NCBI GenBank assembly: GCA_030141605.1
Contig: JAQGDQ010000007.1
Coordinates: 1,698,179 to 1,762,178 of the forward strand
Source of the DNA: Tubiluchus corallicola
Lineage: Eukaryota; Animalia; Priapulida
Length of the DNA stretch: 64,000 bases
Direction: 5' to 3'
Positions 54,292-64,000 of the stretch are shown here, piece by piece. The notes below the pieces were generated by a model that had not been told where the DNA came from, did no database searches, and saw only the letters and a program-made list of their open reading frames with translations. Each line of letters opens with the position of its first letter. The stretch's first letter is position 1. A program made the position numbers and the translations under genes.

Positions 54292-57200
54292 GTGCTCACA
54301 GTCATCAAGGAAAACCCAAATATTTGCAAGCAAATTCACCTGCCAGCACAGAGTGGAAACTCAACAGTATTGACTGCAATGCGCAGAGGATACACTAGAG
54401 ACACCTATATAGACTTAGTCCATCATATTCGAAGTATTCTGCCAGGTAACTGTTATTGTCTGTTCATAGGTTATTGTGTTATGTTACAGTGTCTTAATGG
54501 CAGTGTGGTTTATCATATCACATTCACAGTATGCTGGCCTAAAATCTGGACTATTGTGTTTCTTTCACAAATTTGTTAAGTAATATTAATTTGCTGTTAT
54601 ATATGTTCTTATATTCATTTTTAATCATAATTAAAACATATTTTGTTGTGAAATAAATGAGTTACTAATAATAACTAATAATAATAAATAATAATTATTT
54701 AAATTCACCAGCCTAGAACAATAATGATAGTAAAGTGGTTAGTCATTTCTAAAACAACTTTTGATAATTTTTTCCACAAATTCTTTTCGTTTTTGCAGAA
54801 CAAAATGACTTTATAGGAAAAAAACATTTATTAAGTTTTAAACGAACCGTTAAAGAACTCGTATGTGTGTGTGTTACTTCTTAACATGGCTTCAAATTTT
54901 GTAATCGTATGTGTGTGTTACTTCTTAACATGGCTTCAAATTTTGTAATCGTATGTGTGTGTGTTACTTCTTAACATGGCTTCAAATTTTGTAATCGTAT
55001 GTGTGTGTTACTTCTTAACATGGCTTCAAATTTTGTAATCGTATGTGTGAGTTACTTCTTAACATGGCTTCAAATTTTGTAATCGTATGTGTGTGTTACT
55101 TCTTAACATGGCTTCAAATTTTGTAATCGTATGTGAGTGTTACTTCTTAACATGGCTTCAAATTTTCTAATGTCTTTTTCAGGTGTTTTTTTATCAAGTG
55201 ACTTCATCTGTGGTTTTTGTAACGAGACTGAAGAGGCTCACGAAGACACGCTGTCGCTTATTCGGCTAGTCAAATACAATTTTTGCTACATGTTTCCATT
55301 TAGTTTGAGAAAGGTGGGTGAAAAAATGAAGAAAAACAGAGAAATGTAGAGATTGGCTAGAAGTATGAAGTGTTTTACGGTTGCCAACACCCGACCACTT
55401 AAGTATGACTGACTCGTAGTGTCACTTGTTTGGCAACTCGTTATCTTAATTTAGTGTTTATGAATTTATTTAAAAGCACTGATTAGCAGGGCCTATTTCA
55501 TGGGGCGGGGGAGTGGGGATACTTCCCTGGGCCCTCACCCTCCAGGGGGGCCTCACACCAAGGTAACATTTTTTTCTTTATGCGAACATACTGCCTCTTC
55601 TCTCTCTCTTGCCGCACGCGCGCCGTTTGCCAGTATTGACAAGTATTAAGGACTGGTCTTGAGAATAAAGCAGTTTTTCTTTCAACTGTTCTTTCCTTTA
55701 ACAACTGTATAACTCCATATTTTCTCTTCGAAAAAAATGCTTCTCCGGCGTTCTAGCAGTTCAAAAATTTTCTGCACGCCAACCATGATGGCACCCATGC
55801 CCCGGCGCTTCATGCCACCCCCCCCCCCCCAAGGGGGCCTCACATGCCCCACTTCCCCGGGCCTAGCTTAGGCTGAAATAGGCCCTGCTGATTGGCACCG
55901 ATTTGTGATGAAGATCGGGTGAGAAAAATGTGAGCAGAATTTCAAAGATTATTGTACAGGCATTACAGACATTTTCAGTTTTAATATTTTCTTGTAGAAG
56001 ACTCATGCATATCACAAGCTAGAAGACAACGTGCCGCAACACGTCAAGGTTCGTCGGATGCAGGAAATTCTTGATTGTTTTCGACAAGAAGCAGAGAAGT
56101 TGAATGCGCAGCTTGTTGGCTCTGAACAGCTGGTGTTAATTGAAGGAGTAAGTTGATTTTAGTAGGTGATTCAAAAAAAAATAAGAAAAACAAACCGTGG
56201 CTGCCTTAACCTAGAATGACCCAGAATTCTTTCATACATTAGCTTTATTCATTTTTTATTTTACGTAGTTAGTTAGTTAGCTAGTTATATTAGTTAGTTA
56301 GTCAGTCAGTTAGTCAGTTACTGTATATAGTTATGTACAAGTCGAATTTTTGGGAGGCGATTTTAAGGTGAAATTTTTGGGGTCGACTTATACTTACGAT
56401 ATGTTTTTTGACTTGTACCACCACTTTGCATTAGTTTACCCAGTTGCTGTGGTTGTGACTTGTACCACCACTTTGCATTAGTTTACTGTGATACACGCGT
56501 ATAGTGTGCTATTTTAAAATGTGCTGATGAAGTCTGTTGTTCTTTTACCAGACAAGTAAACGATCACAACAAGATTTATTCGGCAGAAATGACGGCGGTA
56601 CTAAAGTCATTGTACCTGACGTTGAGGTGCCCCTAGGAGTTTCCACTGAAATTCACAAACGACTAAAACCAGGAGATTATGTTGTAGTGCACGTAAGTGT
56701 TTTGTGAAATTTTTGTTGACAGTTAAGTAACATTAAACCTGTTCTGTTCTGAGCTAGAGAAACAGAGTTAATATTCATCTCTTGCTTACTGTTGAAGTTT
56801 GAACTTGTATCAGTAATTTATTGTTAAAAACTTGAACTTAAAAATTATTACTAAGAGTTGAAACTTTTCCCACTTAAACATTATCAGTGTTTTTGATCAA
56901 GCAGAAGACCTTTTATGGCATTTCATTAAAAAAAGAGCTTACATGTACCTCGCATAGGATATGAGAAAGAGCTTACATGTACCTCACATAGGATATGAGA
57001 AAGAGCTTACATGTACCTCGCATAGGATATGAGAAAGAGCTTACATGTACCTCGCATAGGATATGAGAAAGTGCTTACATGTACCTCGCATAGGATATGA
57101 GAAAGAGCTTACATGTACCTCGCATAGGATATGAGAAAGAGCTTACATGTACCTCGCATAGGATATGAGAAAGAGCTTACATGTACCTCACATAGGATAT

Positions 57201-58588
57201 GAGAAAGAGCTTACATGTACCTCGCATAGGATATGAGAAAGAGCTTACATGTACCTCGCATAGGATATGAGAAAGAGCTTACATGTACCTCGCATAGGAT
57301 ATGAGAAAGAGCTTACATGTACCTCACATAGGATATGAGAAAGAGCTTACATGTACCTCACATAGGATATGAGAAAGAGCTTACATGTACCTCACATAGG
57401 ATATGAGAAAGATCTTACATGTACCTCACATAGGATATGAGAAAGAGCTTACATGTACCTCGTGTAGTATATGAGAAAGAGCTTACATGTACCTCGCATA
57501 GGATATGAGAAAGAGCTTACATGTACCTCACATAGGATATGAGAAAGAGCTTACATGTACCTCACATAGGATATGAGAAAGAGCTTACATGTACCTCGTG
57601 TAGGATATGAGAAAGAGCTTACATGTACCTCGTGTAGTATATGAGAAAGAGCTTACATGTACCTCGCATAGGATATGAGAAAGAGCTTACATGTACCTCA
57701 CATAGGATATGAGAAAGAGCTTACATGTACCTCGCATAGGATATGAGAAAGAGCTTACATGTACCTCACATAGGATATGAGAAAGAGCTTACATGTACCT
57801 CGCATAGGATATGAGAAAGAGCTTACATGTACCTCACATAGGATATGAGAAAGAGCTTACATGTACCTCGTGTAGGATATGAGAAAGAGCTTACATGTAC
57901 CTCGCATAGGATATGAGAAAGAGCTTACATGTACCTCGCATAGGATATGAGAAAGAGCTTACATGTACCTCGTGTAGTATATGAGAAAGAGCTTACATGT
58001 ACCTTGTGTAGTATATGAGAAAGAGCTTACATGTACCTCTTGTAGTATATGAGAAAGAGCTTACATGTACCTCACATAGGATATGAGACACTCTAAATAT
58101 CGAGATTACTTTTTCAAAATAACTGGCACTGAAGACCTAAATAAAATCAACATTACAGTATTCATCTGATGGTTTAAGTCTGTGTGCATCTACACTAATA
58201 CTACAATTTTGTTCTGAATTGCATAAAGAAAGAACCAAGATGTTACTTGTATGTATGTACAAATGCTGGTTTATCCATTGAGACCAAGAAATCTCTAAAA
58301 TTGCATTGTGAATTTATAGCCTTGTTTTGAAGCACCTAACTCTGTAATGTGATTCCTTATTTAAAGTGTTTGTAAGGAAAACATGGAAGCTGGAGACATT
58401 TTTTGTCTGGCTACATTTACAACAATTTGTAATGAAAACTGTTACATTTGCAGGTGAATTCGTCTACATCACAGGTACTGAAAGCAACACCTATGTTTCA
58501 CACGACTTTGCAGGATTATTCAAGACAAAGCTATTGCAAGGAGATCTATGCATCCTATCAAACCTACATGAAGAGTAGCATTCGGTGA
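54292..58588 (+). CDS. CDK5RAP1: Mitochondrial tRNA methylthiotransferase CDK5RAP1 (MiaB homolog), last five exons (C-terminal radical-SAM part + TRAM domain); 5' exons not found in window
   Basis: Exons 54292-54445 ([36 protein letters not shown]), 55183-55313 ([23 protein letters not shown]...FPFSLRK), 55998-56147 ([13 protein letters not shown]...QLVLIEG), 56552-56692 ([19 protein letters not shown]...KPGDYVVVH) and 58454-58588 ([11 protein letters not shown]...stop). GT-AG, in frame, 236 codons plus TGA. Confidence 0.93.
54860..55166. repeat. Minisatellite, 44-46-bp unit x ~7, abutting a CDK5RAP1 splice acceptor
   Basis: Unit GTAT(GT)nTACTTCTTAACATGGCTTCAAATTTTGTAATC; starts at about 54861, 54907, 54951, 54997, 55041, 55085 and 55129. 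Confidence 0.92.
55487..55887. mobile_element. hAT-type MITE
   Basis: Perfect 14-bp TIRs CAGGGCCTATTTCA / TGAAATAGGCCCTG; 8-bp TSD CTGATTAG / CTGATTGG; GGGGGCCTCACA subterminal repeats. Confidence 0.88.
56320..56400. mobile_element. Short remnant resembling a Tc2/pogo-type MITE end
   Basis: TACTGTATATAG...AAGTCGA...GGGGTCGACTTATAC motif arrangement. An adjacent 31-bp direct repeat lies at about 56409 and 56456. Confidence 0.35.
56932..58088. repeat. Minisatellite, 34-bp unit x ~34, in the last CDK5RAP1 intron
   Basis: Unit AAAGAGCTTACATGTACCTC(G/A)CATAGGATATGAG, head-to-tail with no spacers; variants CGCA/CACA/CGTG and AGG/AGT. Confidence 0.97.
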
Positions 58589-58970
58589 CATTACGTCGGA
58601 CTAGATCTGCAATAGCATAGCTGGTCTAATCTTTAATCTTTCAAGAATCTAGACAAAATTGCTTATGGTCACAATCAAAGGTTGATAAAATAGTTAATAT
58701 AAAATTAGTGTCCATCTTTGTCTCTGAAGGTGCCTAAAGTAGATTCACATTTTTTAGTCATCTTAAATATCGAAATTTCTTAAATTGTATAATTTCCTGA
58801 CAGATCTGCCATTTTTAAATTCGTCTGTATCATTTGAATTGAGCTGTTCGATCATTAAACTGAATTGGTTTTTGGATTTTCAAAATCAATGACAAAAAGT
58901 GACAAAATGTGGCTAATTATTATGATTACATGTACAATATTGATATAATTATTAAATAAAAACTTAATTT

Positions 58971-58974
<4 letters not shown>

Positions 58975-59011
<37 letters not shown>
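58975..59011. repeat. (TA)n microsatellite just after a candidate CDK5RAP1 poly(A) signal (AATAAA 58955-58960)
   Basis: Directly visible; poly(A) use is unverified. Confidence 0.8.
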
Positions 59012-59013
<2 letters not shown>

Positions 59014-59670
59014 TGATATAATTTTCATGCCTTGCAAAATTTATTGCAGGTATTGGTGCTGTATGAAGTGTCTATTGCATTTTAGAAAATAATCTACAAA
59101 TGTTCAGTAATGCAATTACACATTGAGGTGCAAAATATATTTCTTGTGCGTAACTTATACTTAAAAAAGACATAAAACAGATTACTTCTGTAAGCATTAC
59201 ATTTTAATATGTTATATCACAAGTAAAACAAGTAACATTTAGTTTCCATGTTAATTGTTGTAATTACACACCCCTGTCAGAATTTTTAATAGTAGTGACT
59301 ATAATTTGCATAATATATCATGGTGCTTTTTAATTTTTAAATAACAGTATATAATGACGTAAAAATAGTTTCATTTCAACTGATGTTTTCATCCATTTGT
59401 TAACTGCTATCACCACAGATAATTTACTATAATTATTAATTAACAGATTTACTGAAATCTGAGTCGAGTCACAACTGTTACCACAGACTATGCTTAATAT
59501 CAAACCCGGTTAACGTCTATTTACAAAGACCTTTGAAAGTAATATTTAAAATCATGCAAATTTGAACATCTGCAAATTCACAAGTTAACAAAGTTTCACC
59601 AATGTGTCGTGACATTAGTAGCGAAAGCAACGCAGTAAATTCTACAAAACTAGATTTTGTATAATCATAT

Positions 59671-60133
59671 CAGTGGAGGCTTGTGTATAGGCACTACGGA
59701 ACTGCAGCAGCCCCTGTTTTCACTCGATATTAGTGATAACATTCAACATAATGTGTCTTTCTTTCTTTATTTCTTTCTTTATATTTGTACATTATATAAT
59801 TCTTAAGTCTAATGTAAGTAGCCATTTCCTAGTCCATGGAAAAATTACAAAATCCTTGTTCGGAACTGTGTGCTTCATAGTTCCAGCGACGTGGTGTTTG
59901 GCCGTTCTGTGCATGCGGGCATGAGAACATGCCTGAGATAAGAAGCCGCACGCTAAGTAGAGAAAGCACTGTCTCTCATGCAGTGCCGACCCTGTTGTGC
60001 AAGTGTAAGGTAGTGTTTCTTTTTGACTAAATTTTGTTTTTATATGTTTGTCTCATTTTACACAGTATTAAAACATTGGTTAAAAATTTTCTGAAGCAGC
60101 GTCCACAACAATTTTAACTACAAGCCTCTACTG
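59671..60133. mobile_element. hAT-like MITE (older)
   Basis: TIRs CAGTGGAGGCTTGT / ACAAGCCTCTACTG (13/14 match); TSD poorly conserved. Confidence 0.6.
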
Positions 60134-60328
60134 AACAGCATTGTATTCATTAACAATCAGTAAGCCTAACAATTAACTCAACCAAATATAAAATTCCAGC
60201 AAGAAATTCAGTTACATTCAGTTAAAACGGCACATTTTAAAATTATTTACTGCGAACATTAATTACTACAGTCTCCACTCATATGTTATTGTAGGTGAGA
60301 TTGAAAATTTTTTACATATAATTTACAG

Positions 60329-60696
60329 CAGGAGTGTCCAACATACGGCCCGCGGGCCAGAATCCGGCCCGCCATGCGTTTCTATCCGGCCCGCAAAGTT
60401 TCTCTTATTTGGTCAAAATTTAATAGACAGCTGCACTTGTGACCCAACTATCAGATTTGCCGGTCGTCAACAATCCATGAAGGTCACAGTCATTAACAAA
60501 CAAAAGCAGTGCCAGATTTCACATTAAACTGATCAAAAGCATGAACTTACAAGACTGTCTCTTCTAGCTTAAATGTAACATAAAATGTATTTTGTGCTTC
60601 ATTGTCTTTTTGTGGTTGTGAAATTGCTAATCCGGCCCGCAACTACTTTGAAGGTTGTACACTTGGCCCTCAGTTCAAAAAGGTTGGACACCCCTG
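60329..60696. mobile_element. hAT (Charlie-like) MITE
   Basis: TIRs CAGGAGTGTCCAAC / GTTGGACACCCCTG; perfect 8-bp TSD ATTTACAG at 60321-60328 and 60697-60704; CCGGCCCGC subterminal repeats. Confidence 0.92.
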
Positions 60697-61326
60697 ATTT
60701 ACAGGTATGTGATTTTCAATTCTACTGTTGGCTACAAGTAACTTTGAAAAGCTCAAGTAGACTAAAAAAATGTAAAAATATTTTACATACAGATTTAATG
60801 CCACCCTTGACACTTATGTAAAAAATAGTTTAGTGAAAACAACTTACATATCTATGTTTTTCGTTGCTGTTCCTCATTATTATACAGTTATGCTTAATAT
60901 TGACCATTTACACATTCAAATAACCTGTAAAACTTTACTTAAGGAAGATGTTATCTGCTTCACTCAAATTTGTGCATGAAAAAACCTAAAAAGCTACTGT
61001 AAATAGCTACAATAGCTACTAAAAGTACCACAAATACAGTTACATAAATAATATAGGGAAATAGAAAGAAATTGCAAAAAAACTATAGTAATTAACTTCA
61101 TTAATTTTAGGTGTAAAATAAGATGCAGGCATAATAATAGTACAGATGAAACTTAAAAGCCACTATCATGTCGTCATAGTGACATAGAGAGGAAAAGACA
61201 AGAGTGTAATGCAGGTTAACAGGTCAGTCAATTACTAAAAATTGTAATTTGCATTATTTTTTGCTTAATCTAGCTCAGTTTTTAACTTTTCAAGTAAAAC
61301 ATGATAGCTGACTTAATACTCATGAA

Positions 61327-61935
61327 TGTGTATATCATTCTAAGCTATTTACTTTATAGATAACATTTTATCTAAAACTATTTGCCAAATAGCTAGCTAC
61401 AATGTATATCTTCACAAACAGTAACTTTGTGTATATCATTCTAAGCGATTTACTTTATAGATAACATTTTAGCTAAAACTATTTGTCAAATAGCTAGCTA
61501 CAATGTATATCTTCACAAACAATAACTTTTGTGTATATCATTCTAAGCTATTTACTTTATAGATAACATTTTAGCTAAAACTATTTGCGAAATAGCTAGC
61601 TATAATGTATATCTTCACAAACAATAACTTTTGTGTATATCATTCTAAGCTATTTACTTTATAGATAACATTTTAGCTAAAACTATTTGCGAAATAGCTA
61701 GCTACAATGTATATCTTCACAAACAATAACTTTTGTGTATATCATTCTAAGCTATTTACTTTATAGATAACATTTTAGCTAAAACTATTTGCGAAATAGC
61801 TAGCTACAATGTTTATCTTCACAAACAATAACTTTGTGTATATCATTCTAAGCTATTTACTTTATAGATAACATTTTAGCTAAAACTATTTGCGAAATAG
61901 CTAGCTACAATGTATATCTTCACAAACAATAACTT
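61327..61935. repeat. Tandem repeat, 101-102-bp unit x6
   Basis: Units start at 61327, 61428, 61530, 61632, 61734 and 61835; near-identical. Confidence 0.95.
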
Positions 61936-62845
61936 ATACAAAAAAATGTAAAACAAAATTAAAGTAAAATAAATGCAACAAGAGAGGGAGCAAACAAAAA
62001 CTGAAAATAGCTAAATTATAGCTACAGTAAATCTATAACAATAATTAAGTCCCTAAGAACTTTTAAAAATGAGTTTACTGAATAATTTAAATGCAAGATT
62101 TTTTATAAATTATTTACATACCTATAACACGAAATTAAATACTAGAAGTATTTATTTCTGATATGCAACAGTAAACTATCCTATCATTGTAAAGAATTTT
62201 TTGGAATGTTTTTCTATCACAAGTAAGAGATTCTATCACACATTATTATTATTATTATTATGAAAAATTTATAGCAGCTAATAGCTACAATCTATTAATA
62301 TTTCGTTTTGATATATCCTCAGCTCATCCTATTTAAAACAATTTCAGTATTTAAACTCTGTAAAGATAGGAGTAGAGCTGACACACAATACATTGGAGTA
62401 GTTTTGTTGAGACTCAAAAAGCTTGAGATAATGACTGACAAGCACCAGTCTTCTGATAAGAAGCCAGAAACGGGTCAAGAAGCCAGACTAATACTGGTTT
62501 TGCCAACCTAACAAATGAATGCATAGAAATTCGTGTGGGAAATTTGTAGCAGACAACTTAACTGCTTCACAGTCAATTTCCCTAAGAAATGTCTGACAAA
62601 CACATTTTCCAATAGTAAATAATAAACTAGATGCAGTATTCGTGTTGTTTCAAAATTGAGACTGTTTAAATCACTATGTTTATACCACTTAAAAAACGTA
62701 TAAAGAACATTATAAATTACAATATTAAAAAAAGCATTTAAATACCTACTGAAACTCTTCCCAAAAAGTCAAGTTGCAGAAATATGATTAGAAAGTGTGC
62801 CAGCTGTGTTACTGCTCTGCTTAGGCAAGCTTGCTTAAAAAATAT

Positions 62846-63982
<1,137 letters not shown>

Positions 63983-64000
63983 CTATATAGTAAGTTCCTT

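Noticed and set aside
54498-54520. TGGCAGTGTGGTT matching the 5' part of miR-34
   Set aside because: The match ends after 13 nt and no convincing precursor hairpin is visible.
56932-58088. CRISPR-like array of ~34-bp repeats
   Set aside because: Repeats are head-to-tail with no unique spacers, lie in a spliceosomal intron, and there are no cas genes; it is a minisatellite.

Overview
AT-rich, intron-rich animal genomic DNA, probably from an invertebrate (GT-AG introns, LINEs, hAT/TA-target MITEs, microsatellites). It is not prokaryotic, and most ORFs in the supplied track are spurious. Exons assembled by eye give five protein-coding units. (1) SWEET1/SLC50A1 sugar transporter (minus strand, 4 exons seen, continues off the left edge). 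(2) A divergently transcribed Acl4-like TPR chaperone of ribosomal protein L4 (plus strand, 10 exons, 335 codons), whose terminal exon I could not find. (3) A single-exon 878-aa LRR-TM receptor, antisense behind the last Acl4-like exon. (4) The last five exons of CDK5RAP1 (MiaB-type mitochondrial tRNA methylthiotransferase), whose 5' half I could not find. (5) An intronless mitochondrial L-threonine 3-dehydrogenase (minus strand). The most striking observation is that the two intact half-genes (Acl4 5' part, CDK5RAP1 3' part) are co-oriented and splice-phase compatible across about 36.5 kb. That interval also holds a candidate recursive splice site and a recent duplication/inversion scar. This could be a chimeric gene, an inversion breakpoint, an interleaved gene arrangement or a mis-assembly; sequence alone cannot decide. 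No rRNA, intact tRNA or CRISPR array was seen.
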